A stretch of 24,000 nucleotides of DNA, from assembly GCF_044377145.1 (NCBI RefSeq), contig NZ_JBILJQ010000029.1:28570-52569 (forward strand). Direction: 5' to 3'. The notes beneath the pieces were generated by a model. It saw only the letters and a list, made by a program, of their open reading frames with translations, made no database searches and had not been told where the DNA came from. The translations under genes were made by a program, and so were the position numbers. Of the stretch, positions 14,532-23,138 are shown in pieces. Source of the DNA: Aquimonas sp. (GTDB lineage Bacteria; Pseudomonadota; Gammaproteobacteria; Xanthomonadales; Xanthomonadaceae). How positions within the stretch are numbered: position 1 is the stretch's first letter; each line of letters begins with the position of its first letter.

Positions 14532-15785
14532 TCAACTGCCCAGCAGGGTCTTGATCATCGCCCAGCCGCCGATATAGACACCGAGCATGGTGCCGAGGTT
14601 GGTCAGGAAGAAGTTCAGCAGCACGCGTGAGACTCGATTGCGCCACCAGCCGCCGAGGGTGGTGACGTCGTCACGCAGATGGGCGAAGTCCTGCACCACC
14701 GGTTTGCGCTTCCACGCCTCGATCATGGCGCTGACCATGCCCGAGCTCAGCGCCGGGTGCAGAGGCGTCAGCGGTGAGGCCAGGAAGGCGCCCAGGATCG
14801 ACAGCGGGTGGCCGCCGGCAATCGCGCAGCCGACGGCGCCGAGCACGCCGGTAGTCAGCACCCACTTCAGCACCACGTTGAAGCCCAGTTCCGGGCTTTG
14901 GCTGAAGCCGTAGATGAAGCCGCCGATCACCAGCGCGGCCACGATCACGGTGATCCAGGTGCCCCAGTTCGTGCCCGGCGGCAGTTCCTTGAGGCGGCTG
15001 CGCAACTCGGCCGGTGCCTCGGTTGCAGATTCCAGCTGTTTGGCGAGGCCAGCCAGATGACCGGCGCCGATCACCACCAGAACCGCGTTCGGGCGCGTGC
15101 CCGTGCTGGCTTCCTGACGCAGCGCCGCAGCCATGTAGGCGTCGCGCTCGGCGATCAGGGCGCGATACAGCGGCTCGCGCTGGCGAGCGAACTCGCTGAA
15201 GGTGCTCTCCAGCAGGTCGCCTTCTTTCAGACGCTCGATGTCTTCCTCTTCCACTTTCTCGCTGACGAACAGACTGGTGAACAGGCCGCTCATCATCAGC
15301 ATGCGTTCCCAGAAACCGACCGCAGCGGCGGCGCGCTTCAGGGTGATCGCGACATCGCGATCGATCCGCCACACCGGCAGTGCCCGCGCGATGCCTTCGT
15401 CGATCGCGGCGCGCATTTCCGCGCCGGGCTCGACGCCGAGTTGCTCGGACAGGCGTCGCTGATAGCCGGCGAGAGCCAGATTGGCGGCGACCAGGCCGAC
15501 CTTGCCTTCCTTGATCACCCGGAACAGATCGAGCTTGGCCAAAGCATCCGGATCGCGCATCGCCTGGTAGCGCGGCTCGCACAGCTCCACCGCAACAGCG
15601 TCGAAATCACGTTGAGCCAGCAATGCGCGCACCGCATCAACACTGGCCTGCGAGACATGCGCAGTGCCGAGGATCGTGTAGCGCACACCGTCGCGCTCGA
15701 CCTCCAGAATCGGCTGGCCCGTCAGCGCATCGACTGGGGGCGAACCCGCCTCGATGTCAGCACCCGCGTGCAGGAGATCAATCAC
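14532..15785 (-). CDS. TraB/GumN-family protein with C-terminal multi-pass membrane anchor (417 aa), GTG start
   Basis: Signature YTILGTAHVSQASVDAV and VVIGAGHLAGL. The C-terminal third contains about 4-5 hydrophobic helices. The start overlaps the aguB stop by 8 nt. Confidence 0.85.
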   Translation of the reverse strand: MIDLLHAGADIEAGSPPVDALTGQPILEVERDGVRYTILGTAHVSQASVDAVRALLAQRDFDAVAVELCEPRYQAMRDPDALAKLDLFRVIKEGKVGLVAANLALAGYQRRLSEQLGVEPGAEMRAAIDEGIARALPVWRIDRDVAITLKRAAAAVGFWERMLMMSGLFTSLFVSEKVEEEDIERLKEGDLLESTFSEFARQREPLYRALIAERDAYMAAALRQEASTGTRPNAVLVVIGAGHLAGLAKQLESATEAPAELRSRLKELPPGTNWGTWITVIVAALVIGGFIYGFSQSPELGFNVVLKWVLTTGVLGAVGCAIAGGHPLSILGAFLASPLTPLHPALSSGMVSAMIEAWKRKPVVQDFAHLRDDVTTLGGWWRNRVSRVLLNFFLTNLGTMLGVYIGGWAMIKTLLGS

Positions 15786-16677
15786 GGTAGCGCTTCAGCA
15801 GGTCGGCGTAGGCATCGATGCGGCGGTCGCGCAGGAAGGGCCAGATCCGGCGCACCTGCTCGCTGCGGCCGAGGTCGACATCGGCCAGCAGCAGCGTGTC
15901 GGAGTCAGTGTCCGCCTCAGCCAGCAGCTCTCCCTGTGGGCCGAGCACCAGGCTCGATCCCCAGAAGCGGATGCCGCTGCCGCCGGTCGGCGAGGGCTCG
16001 AAGCCCGTGCGGTTGCAGGAAAGCACCGGCAGTCCGTTGGCCACGGCATGGCCGCGATGCGAGAGGATCCAGGCCATGCGCTGGCGGTCCTGCTCGTCCC
16101 GGGCATCGTTCGGGTCCCAGCCGATCGCGGTGGGATACAGCAGCAGATCGGCGCCGGCCAAGGCCATCAGGCGAGCGGCTTCCGGATACCACTGATCCCA
16201 GCACACCAGCACGCCGAGGCGGCCAACCGAGGTGTTGATCGGCTCGAAGCCGAGGTCGCCTGGTGTGAAGTAGAACTTTTCCAGAAAGCCCGGATCGTCG
16301 GGGATGTGCATCTTGCGGTACTTGCCGGCGATGCTGCCGTCGGCTTCGAACACCACCGCGGTGTTGTGGTACAGGCCGGCCGCGCGACGCTCGAACAGCG
16401 ATGAAACGATCACCAAGCCGTGCTGCTTCGCCAGCGCACCCAGTCGCTCCGTGCTGGGGCCCGGAATGGGCTCGGCGCGGTCGAACTCGTCGACGCTCTC
16501 GTGCTGACAGAAATAGGCACCGTTGTGCAGCTCCTGCAGCAGCACCAGACGCGCGCCAGCTGCGGCGGCTTCGGCCAGGCGCGCTTCGATACGCGCGAGA
16601 TTGGCCTTAACCGAACTGCGGTCGCGGTCCTGGATCAGCGCGACTTTGAGCGTCGCTGCGGGCTTAGGCGCGGGCAT
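15778..16677 (-). CDS. aguB: N-carbamoylputrescine amidase (nitrilase superfamily, 299 aa)
   Basis: Nitrilase superfamily Glu-Lys-Cys triad contexts LLQELH, YRKMHIPDDPGF and LVCWDQWYPE. Overall collinearity with known AguB/CPA enzymes. Confidence 0.9.
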   Translation of the reverse strand: MPAPKPAATLKVALIQDRDRSSVKANLARIEARLAEAAAAGARLVLLQELHNGAYFCQHESVDEFDRAEPIPGPSTERLGALAKQHGLVIVSSLFERRAAGLYHNTAVVFEADGSIAGKYRKMHIPDDPGFLEKFYFTPGDLGFEPINTSVGRLGVLVCWDQWYPEAARLMALAGADLLLYPTAIGWDPNDARDEQDRQRMAWILSHRGHAVANGLPVLSCNRTGFEPSPTGGSGIRFWGSSLVLGPQGELLAEADTDSDTLLLADVDLGRSEQVRRIWPFLRDRRIDAYADLLKRYRD

Positions 16678-17710
16678 TCAGCACTCCATTCGGCAGCTGC
16701 ATGGTGATGCAGTGCAGGCTGCCGTTCTGCCAGATCAGCGGCCGACAGGGCAGGGCGATGATCTGATGTTCGGGAAAGGCGCGCGCCAGCACAGCCTGCG
16801 CGGCGGCATCGGCGGCATCGCCATAGGCCGGCATCAGCACGGCGCCGTTGATGATCAAAAAATTGGCGTAGGACGCTGCCAGCCGGCGGCCTTCATCCAG
16901 GATGGGCTGGGCCCAGGGCAGCACGAACACCTCGTAGGGCTCGCCATTGCGCTGGCGCAGGGCGGTGATCTCTTCACCCATCTTCGCCAACTCGTCGAAG
17001 TGGCTGTCGGCGGGATCGCTGCAGCCCTGGTAGACGATGCGCGACGGGCTGGCGAAACGCGCCAAGGTGTCGATGTGCGCGTCGGTGTCGTCGCCTTCGA
17101 GGTAACCGTGGTCCAGCCACAGCACGCGCTGCTGCTGCAGTTCGCGGCACAGCAGGACGGTGATGTCTTCGCGGGTTCGTTCGGGGTGGCGTTCGGACAG
17201 GCAATGCCAAGTCGACAACAGGGTGCCCGCGCCGTCGGTTTCAATGCCGCCGCCCTCCAGCGCGAAATCGATCCGGCGCCGCCGCGCGTTGGGCGCGAAC
17301 ACGCCAGCGTCGACCAGATGCTGGACCAGCCGATCGTCGGAGCTGGCTTCGAACTTGCCGCCCCAGCCGGTGAAGCGGAAGTCGAGCAGCTCGAAGCCTT
17401 CAGCCGTGCGCAGGGTGATCGGGCCGGAATCGCGCAGCCAGGTGTCGTCGTACTCGGCCAGCACGCAGTGCACGCGGGCGAGGCCAACGCCGCGCGCGGC
17501 CAGCAGCTGCAGCACATGCTGCTGCAGTTCGAGATCGCGCACGCAAACGACCAAGGGCTGCAGGCGGGTGATGGCCGCTGCCAGCTCGACATAGGTGGCT
17601 TCGACCGCTTGCAGTCGAGCCGCCCAATCGGTGTCGGCATGCGGCCAGGCAATCAAGACCGCGGACTGGAGTTCCCACTCCGCGGGGAAACGCGATACCG
17701 CCGCATTCAT
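16664..17710 (-). CDS. aguA: Agmatine deiminase family protein (348 aa)
   Basis: FPAEWELQSAVLIAWPH, DDTWLRDSGPI, HIDTLARF and C-terminal NGSLHCITMQ (catalytic Cys). ORF 16664..18160 was trimmed to MNAAVSRF because the upstream part is Arg-rich nonsense in the shadow of the neighbouring gene. Confidence 0.88.
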   Translation of the reverse strand: MNAAVSRFPAEWELQSAVLIAWPHADTDWAARLQAVEATYVELAAAITRLQPLVVCVRDLELQQHVLQLLAARGVGLARVHCVLAEYDDTWLRDSGPITLRTAEGFELLDFRFTGWGGKFEASSDDRLVQHLVDAGVFAPNARRRRIDFALEGGGIETDGAGTLLSTWHCLSERHPERTREDITVLLCRELQQQRVLWLDHGYLEGDDTDAHIDTLARFASPSRIVYQGCSDPADSHFDELAKMGEEITALRQRNGEPYEVFVLPWAQPILDEGRRLAASYANFLIINGAVLMPAYGDAADAAAQAVLARAFPEHQIIALPCRPLIWQNGSLHCITMQLPNGVLNARA

Positions 17711-18078
17711 CCGTTCGGCTGCCCCGTGCGCTTCGGGCCTTTCTCGAGCGGGCCGGCACGGTTCACCACGGCATTGACGACGTGGTTGTTCTCGAAATAG
17801 ACGGTGAAGTCCGGATACACCCAGCGCGTGATCGGCGGCGTCTGCGCGCTGCCGCCGCCGACCGCGGCGCGGCGCTCGCTGGGCGCGCCGAACTGCGATT
17901 CGACCTGGTTCATCAGCATGCCGCGATTGGGCAGGCGGGCGGTCGCATGGGTGCGGGAGGCGCGATCGATCAGCAGCACATCGCCTTCGATCACTCGCTG
18001 AGTGGTTGTTTCCTGCGCCTCGGCGGCACACGCAAAAAGGGTAAGGCCAAGGGCTAGACAGGCAGCGCTGCGAAACAT
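17707..18078 (-). CDS. Small secreted hypothetical protein (123 aa), first gene of the agu operon
   Basis: ORF 17707..18180 trimmed to ATG at 18078, which follows a GGAG SD. Signal peptide MFRSAACLALGLTLFACAAEAQE. The stop overlaps the aguA start (ATGA). Confidence 0.65.
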   Translation of the reverse strand: MFRSAACLALGLTLFACAAEAQETTTQRVIEGDVLLIDRASRTHATARLPNRGMLMNQVESQFGAPSERRAAVGGGSAQTPPITRWVYPDFTVYFENNHVVNAVVNRAGPLEKGPKRTGQPNG

Positions 18079-18169
18079 GTGTCGATCTCCGTCGAGGTGA
18101 GCGGATTCCCCGCGCGGATTGTATGCGGGGCCGAGCTTGAACGCTTGTATTGCGGGGCACAGAAACGAC

Positions 18170-18192
18170 GAAGGCCGCACTCGGCGGCCTTC
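18170..18192 (-). terminator. Probable intrinsic terminator of rpmJ
   Basis: GAAGGCCGC-5 nt-GCGGCCTTC is a perfect 9-bp GC-rich stem. On the minus strand it is followed by GTCGTTTCTG. Confidence 0.5.
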
Positions 18193-18237
18193 TGTCGCTT
18201 CAAGCGCTGCCGTGGCGGCAGCTGCTGCGGCCTGCGC

Positions 18238-18363
18238 TCAGCGCTGGCGAGCCTTGAAACGGGGATTGCTCTTGCAGATCACGAAGACCTTGCCGCGACG
18301 ACGCACGACTTTGCAGTCACGGTGACGGGTCTTGGCCGACTTGAGCGAGTTCAGGACTTTCAT
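18238..18363 (-). CDS. rpmJ: 50S ribosomal protein L36, YkgO-type (type B, lacking the full Cys3His zinc site), 41 aa
   Basis: [41 protein letters not shown] is near-identical in pattern to E. coli YkgO. The 94-aa ORF-track entry 18238..18522 is an upstream extension. Confidence 0.9.
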   Translation of the reverse strand: MKVLNSLKSAKTRHRDCKVVRRRGKVFVICKSNPRFKARQR

Positions 18364-18401
18364 GGGGTTGCCTTCGTTGAATTGGGCGCGACAAACGCGG
18401 C

Positions 18402-18430
18402 ATTGTAGTGAACGTCCATCCCCTTGACAA
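18402..18430 (-). promoter_or_regulatory. Sigma70-type promoter for rpmJ
   Basis: Minus strand: TTGTCA (18430-18425), 17-nt spacer, TACAAT (18407-18402). This is about 38 nt upstream of the ATG. Confidence 0.5.
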
Positions 18431-18451
18431 GCCTGAAGCCCTGAACTGCCC

Positions 18452-18475
18452 GAGCGCTCGTCCGGCTGAGCGCTC
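18452..18475 (-). other. Hairpin just after the yjgR-like stop
   Basis: Two copies of the self-complementary octamer GAGCGCTC are separated by 8 nt. There is no downstream U-tract. Confidence 0.3.
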
Positions 18476-18496
18476 AAACACGCCGTCGTCAGCACA

Positions 18497-20014
18497 TCAG
18501 CGTTTGCCACCAAGGCTGCCAAGCACGCCGCGCAGCAGGGTGCGCCCCAGCTGATTGCCCATGGTGCGCATCGTCGACTTCGCCATCGCCTCCACTGCGC
18601 CCTGCCTGCGTGAGGTGCCGAACAGCCATTCGTTCAGCTTGCTGCCGATGCCGCCGGATTCGGCAGGCTTGGGCGCAGGCGCACCGGTGCTCGAACGCGG
18701 TGTGCTGGCGGGCGGCGCGGGCGGTGCCGCCGTCGCGGCAGCCTCGGCCCGCTTGTTCAGCAGTTCGAAGGCCGACTCACGATTTACAGCCGTGTCGTAC
18801 TTGCCGCCCACCGGGCTGCGCGTTCTCTGGGTGGCGCGTTCTTCCAGCGTAATCGCGCCGATCCGGCAGCGCGGCGGGCAGATCAGCGTGCGCTCGACAG
18901 GCATCGGAATGCCTTTGTCCTGCAGGGTCGACACCAGCGCCTCGCCGACGCCGAGTTCGCTGATCACCCGCGCCACATCGAGTTTCGGGTTGCTGGCGAA
19001 CGTCTCGGCTGCTGTGCGCACGGCTTTCTGGTCGCGCGGAGTGAAGGCGCGCAGCGCGTGCTGCACGCGGTTGCCGAGCTGGCCCAGCACGTTGCCGGGA
19101 ATGTCATCGGGATTCTGCGAGCAGAAATACACGCCGACACCCTTGGAACGGATCAGGCGCACCACCTGCTCAACCCGCTGCAGCAGGGCCGGCGGGCAGT
19201 CGCCGAACAGCAGGTGGGCCTCGTCGAAGAAGAACACCATTTTCGGTCGATCAAGGTCGCCGACTTCCGGTAGGTTCTCGAACAGCTCCGACAGCATCCA
19301 CAGCAGGAAGCTCGAATACAGACGCGGCTTGAGGATGAGCTTGTCAGCCGCCATCACATTGACCAGGCCCCGGCCCGACATGTCCTGGCGCATGAAGTCG
19401 GCAAGGTCCAGTGCCGGTTCGCCGAAGAACTCGCGCGCGCCGTCGGCTTCCAGTCGCAGAAGCTGGCGCTGGATCGCAGCGATGCTTTGCGCGCTGACCA
19501 GGCCGTACTCGGTGCTGATCTGCTTGCGATTGTCGGCTACGAAACCGAGCAGGGCGCGCAGGTCGTCCAAGTCGATCAGCAGCAGGCCCTGCTCGTCGGC
19601 CAGCTTGAACACGATGTCGAGCACGCCCGACTGGGTGTCGTTCAACTCCAGCACGCGGCCGAGCAGGTTCGGACCCATCTCGGTGATGGAGCAGCGCACC
19701 GGATGGCCAAGCTCGCCATAGATGTCCCAGAACACCACCGGGTTGCCCTCCTGCCGGTAGCCCTCGATGCCGATCTGCTCGACCCGCTGGCTGATGCGCT
19801 CGGACGGCTGACCGGGCTGGCACAGACCTGCGAGATCGCCTTTGACGTCGGCCAGAAAGACGGGGACACCCAACTGCGAAAACCCTTCGGCCAGCACCAT
19901 CAGGGTCACCGACTTGCCGGTGCCGGTGGCGCCGGCGATCAGGCCGTGTCGATTGCCGTACTTCGCCAGCAGCTCGACCGCGGTATCGCCCTTGCCGATC
20001 AGGATCTTGTCCAT
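18497..20014 (-). CDS. yjgR: DUF853/YjgR-family HerA-like P-loop NTPase (505 aa)
   Basis: [41 protein letters not shown] is collinear with E. coli YjgR. Walker B is [11 protein letters not shown]. Start chosen at MDKIL (20014) by alignment to the YjgR N-terminus; ATG at 20047 is an alternative. Confidence 0.85.
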   Translation of the reverse strand: MDKILIGKGDTAVELLAKYGNRHGLIAGATGTGKSVTLMVLAEGFSQLGVPVFLADVKGDLAGLCQPGQPSERISQRVEQIGIEGYRQEGNPVVFWDIYGELGHPVRCSITEMGPNLLGRVLELNDTQSGVLDIVFKLADEQGLLLIDLDDLRALLGFVADNRKQISTEYGLVSAQSIAAIQRQLLRLEADGAREFFGEPALDLADFMRQDMSGRGLVNVMAADKLILKPRLYSSFLLWMLSELFENLPEVGDLDRPKMVFFFDEAHLLFGDCPPALLQRVEQVVRLIRSKGVGVYFCSQNPDDIPGNVLGQLGNRVQHALRAFTPRDQKAVRTAAETFASNPKLDVARVISELGVGEALVSTLQDKGIPMPVERTLICPPRCRIGAITLEERATQRTRSPVGGKYDTAVNRESAFELLNKRAEAAATAAPPAPPASTPRSSTGAPAPKPAESGGIGSKLNEWLFGTSRRQGAVEAMAKSTMRTMGNQLGRTLLRGVLGSLGGKR

Positions 20015-20147
20015 CCGCACGCTCGTGTTGGTGAGAACGGGCTGCATTCTAGCCGCGCTGCGCGTCGATCCCGCGCCAGCGGCTACACTGCCCGGCTGTG
20101 TGCGCTGCTTGGGGCGGCGCGCGATCCTCAGGAAGTAGCGCTCACGC

Positions 20148-21626
20148 ATGTCCACAACATCTGGATTCACCATCGGGTTGCGCACCCTGCTGCTGATCGC
20201 GCTGCTGGGCGGGATGGTCGGTTGCGCCAGCTCAGCCAAGGCGCCGCCCGCGGCGGTCGTCGACGTTGCTCAGGCCGATGCGGCCCGCAGCGCGTTCGAT
20301 GCGGCGATGGAAGTCGCGCTCGGTCAGGCCGAACGTCTGCGTGCCGGCGAGACGCCGGATGTCGCCGAGCTGGAGGCCGCCCGCGATCGTTTGCGCGATG
20401 CCTCGCGTGCGTGTATCCAGCAGCCGGGCTGCGAGGTCGAGCGGGTACTGCGCGGCTACGAGCAGCTGGTGGCGATGGGATTGGCGGTAGGCGAGGGCTT
20501 CGACGCCAGTGCGCCGAACGCGGCGCCCGAAGCCCGCGCCGATTCGCCCCTGTTGACGGATCTTCCGGAGGCGGCGCGCTCGATTTCGCTGCTGAATGGC
20601 CGCGAGCTGCGTGATCTGATCGAGCTCAACACGCCGGTGAAGTCGGCGATGGTCGAGTGGCTGACCTGGATGCGTCCGCAACTGATCACCGCCTGGGAGA
20701 ACTACCAGGCGATGCGGCATCTGATGTGGCCCGCGTATGACGAAGCCGGCCTGCCCGAAGCGCTGCTTTTCGGCATCCTCGCCAAGGAATCGGGCGGACG
20801 CGTGCACGCCGTTTCGCGCGCCGGCGCCAGCGGCCCGCTGCAGTTCATGTACCAGACCGGCATGGGCTATGGGCTCGGCCGGGTCGACGGTTTTGATACC
20901 CGCTTCGACCCGCAACTGGCCTCGCGCGCCAGCGTTCGCTACCTGAACGACCGCTTCCGTGAGTTGAACGGCAGCCTGGAGATGGCGTTGGCGGCCTACA
21001 ACGGCGGCGAAGGCCGTGCGCGCCGACTGCACCAGGCGACCGGCGGCAAACCGTTCTGGAACGCGCAGGTCTATCGCCAGTTGCCGCGTGAGACTCAGGA
21101 CTACGTACCGATGGTGCTGGCGGCGGCGTGGCTGTTCCTGCATCCCGACGAAGTCGGCCTCGAATTTCCCCAGGTCGACACGCGCCCGGCAAGCTTCACC
21201 TTGGCGCACCCGAGCACGCTCAATGAGTTGACCCTTTGCCTGGGGCAGGGTGGCACACGCGAGGGCTGGTTCCGGGTGTTGCGCAATCTGAACCCGCGGC
21301 ATGAGCCGCACGCGGTGATTCCGGCCGGCACGGTGATGCAGGGCCCGCAGTCGATGGCCGAGGCGTACGCCGCGCGCTGTGTTGAAGGCGAGCGGCTGGC
21401 GTGGGCGCGCGAACTGGCGGCGTCCAACCGCCCCAGCGCGCCCGCAACTGCCACTGCGGTTGCGGCCAACGCCTACACCGTACGCAGCGGCGATTCCCTG
21501 CACAGCATCGCGCGTCGTCACCAGTGCTCGGTCGAGCAGCTGGCACGCGGCAACGGCGTTCGCGCGCCGCGCTACCTGATCAAGCCCGGTCAGCGCCTGG
21601 CTCTGTCCGGCTGCCGGCGGGCCTGA
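20148..21626 (+). CDS. Lipoprotein lytic transglycosylase (SLT domain) with C-terminal LysM domain (492 aa)
   Basis: Lipobox [11 protein letters not shown] catalytic block [10 protein letters not shown]...GASGPLQFM...AAYNGGEG. C-terminal LysM is [27 protein letters not shown]....IKPGQRL. Confidence 0.85.
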   Translation: MSTTSGFTIGLRTLLLIALLGGMVGCASSAKAPPAAVVDVAQADAARSAFDAAMEVALGQAERLRAGETPDVAELEAARDRLRDASRACIQQPGCEVERVLRGYEQLVAMGLAVGEGFDASAPNAAPEARADSPLLTDLPEAARSISLLNGRELRDLIELNTPVKSAMVEWLTWMRPQLITAWENYQAMRHLMWPAYDEAGLPEALLFGILAKESGGRVHAVSRAGASGPLQFMYQTGMGYGLGRVDGFDTRFDPQLASRASVRYLNDRFRELNGSLEMALAAYNGGEGRARRLHQATGGKPFWNAQVYRQLPRETQDYVPMVLAAAWLFLHPDEVGLEFPQVDTRPASFTLAHPSTLNELTLCLGQGGTREGWFRVLRNLNPRHEPHAVIPAGTVMQGPQSMAEAYAARCVEGERLAWARELAASNRPSAPATATAVAANAYTVRSGDSLHSIARRHQCSVEQLARGNGVRAPRYLIKPGQRLALSGCRRA

Positions 21627-21628
21627 GC

Positions 21629-22570
21629 ATGCATGGCGCGGACGCTCGGCCCTGGGTGATCGCCCTGATGGGGCCGACGGCGTCCGGCAAGACGGCGCTG
21701 GCGATCGACTGGGCGCAGCGCTACGGCGGCGAGATCATCAGCGTCGACTCGGCCCTGGTCTACCGCGGACTCGACATCGGCAGCGCCAAGCCCACGACTG
21801 CGGAACGGGCGCAGGCGCCGCATCGGCTGATCGACATCCGTGAGCCCGAGCAGGCCTATTCGGCCGGTGACTTCGCGGTGGACGCGCGTCAGGCGGTATC
21901 TGAAGTGCATGCGGCCGGTCGACTGCCGCTGCTGGTGGGCGGCACCGGCCTGTACTTTCGCGCCCTGTTTGGCGGGCTGTCGGTGATGCCCGCGTCAGAT
22001 CCCGAGGTGCGGGCCGGGATCGAGCGTGACGCCGCAGCGCGCGGCTGGGCCGATCTGCACGCGGAGCTGATGCGGATCGATCCGATCGCAGCGGCGCGCA
22101 TCCACGCCACCGACCCGCAGCGCATCACCCGCGCGCTGGAGGTGTTCAGGCTCAGCGGCCGCCCGATCAGCGCCTGGCAGAGCGAGCCGGCGCCGGCCGC
22201 GCGGGCGCCGTTCCGGGTGCTCAAGTTGATTCTGGCGCCGGCTGATCGCGGCGTGCTGCACGCACGGATCGAGCAGCGTTTCGACCAGATGCTGGCGCAG
22301 GGCTTCCTGGACGAAGTTCGCGGGCTCAGACAGCGACCGGGGTTGCATCCGGACCTGCCCGCCATGCGCGCAGTCGGCTATCGGCAGGCCTGGCGCCACC
22401 TGGATGGGCTGACCGACCGGGCCGGCTTTCGCGCCGAGGGCATTGCGGCCACCCGCCAGCTGGCCAAGCGGCAGTTGACCTGGCTGCGAGGCGAGCTTGA
22501 TGCGTTCTGGGTCGATCCGCTGCTGGCCCCGGCGCGGGCGGAAGGCTTGCTGCGGCTCGCGCTGGGCTGA
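21629..22570 (+). CDS. miaA: tRNA dimethylallyltransferase (313 aa)
   Basis: [39 protein letters not shown] and [10 protein letters not shown]. Start set at MHGADA (21629), 2 nt after the preceding stop. Confidence 0.93.
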   Translation: MHGADARPWVIALMGPTASGKTALAIDWAQRYGGEIISVDSALVYRGLDIGSAKPTTAERAQAPHRLIDIREPEQAYSAGDFAVDARQAVSEVHAAGRLPLLVGGTGLYFRALFGGLSVMPASDPEVRAGIERDAAARGWADLHAELMRIDPIAAARIHATDPQRITRALEVFRLSGRPISAWQSEPAPAARAPFRVLKLILAPADRGVLHARIEQRFDQMLAQGFLDEVRGLRQRPGLHPDLPAMRAVGYRQAWRHLDGLTDRAGFRAEGIAATRQLAKRQLTWLRGELDAFWVDPLLAPARAEGLLRLALG

Positions 22571-22832
22571 GCGCGCGAGTCCTGCCCCGTCAGGTCCGGG
22601 TGTGCCTGCGAGCGCAGCCCTTTCACGAACCCATCGCCACGCTCAGCCGGCCGGCCGGCAGTCAGCGCCGATAGCGCGCCCGTCGTGGCCTTGACATCCG
22701 ATCACGCGGTCCAGCCTGTAGACTCGCCACGATTGCCGCCGGATCGGCCCACCCTTGGGCTGCCGAAGGTGGAGTCCGTACGCCCAGCTGGGCCGTACAG
22801 AACAACAAGCACATCGAACATAAGGAGCCACC

Positions 22833-23090
22833 ATGTCCAAGGGCCAGTCTTTGCAGGATCCGTTTCTGAACGCCCTGCGCCGCGAGCGCGTGCCGGTTTC
22901 GATCTATCTGGTTAACGGTATCAAGCTGCAGGGCACCGTCGAGTCCTTCGATCAGTTCGTGGTCCTGTTGCGCAATACGGTCAGCCAGATGGTCTACAAA
23001 CACGCCATCTCGACCGTGGTGCCCGCACGCAATGTGCGGATCGGCCCCGGTGGGGCTGACGGTGCCGATGTCGGCGGAGAGACCGACTGA
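22833..23090 (+). CDS. hfq: RNA chaperone Hfq (85 aa)
   Basis: [64 protein letters not shown]. An AAGGAG SD lies 7 nt upstream. Confidence 0.97.
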   Translation: MSKGQSLQDPFLNALRRERVPVSIYLVNGIKLQGTVESFDQFVVLLRNTVSQMVYKHAISTVVPARNVRIGPGGADGADVGGETD

Positions 23091-23138
23091 ACGCGTCCTT
23101 TGGCCTCCGGGCCGTCGCCTCGCTGAGGTCGCGTGCGC

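Noticed and set aside
16664-18160. A 498-aa ORF suggesting an N-terminally extended agmatine deiminase.
   Set aside because: The first 150 residues are Arg-rich nonsense that overlaps, in another frame, a well-formed signal-peptide gene (17707..18078). The deiminase family N-terminus (FPAEWE) begins right after the internal ATG at 17710, which overlaps the upstream stop.
18364-18496. A Zur box in front of the YkgO-type L36 gene.
   Set aside because: No AT-rich palindrome overlaps the -35/-10 region. The only palindrome (GAGCGCTC x2) sits upstream at the end of the preceding gene and is GC-rich.
22691-22724. An hfq promoter made of a perfect TTGACA (22691-22696) and TAGACT (22719-22724).
   Set aside because: The spacer is 22 nt, well outside the 16-18 nt range, and no alternative -10 at correct spacing is convincing.
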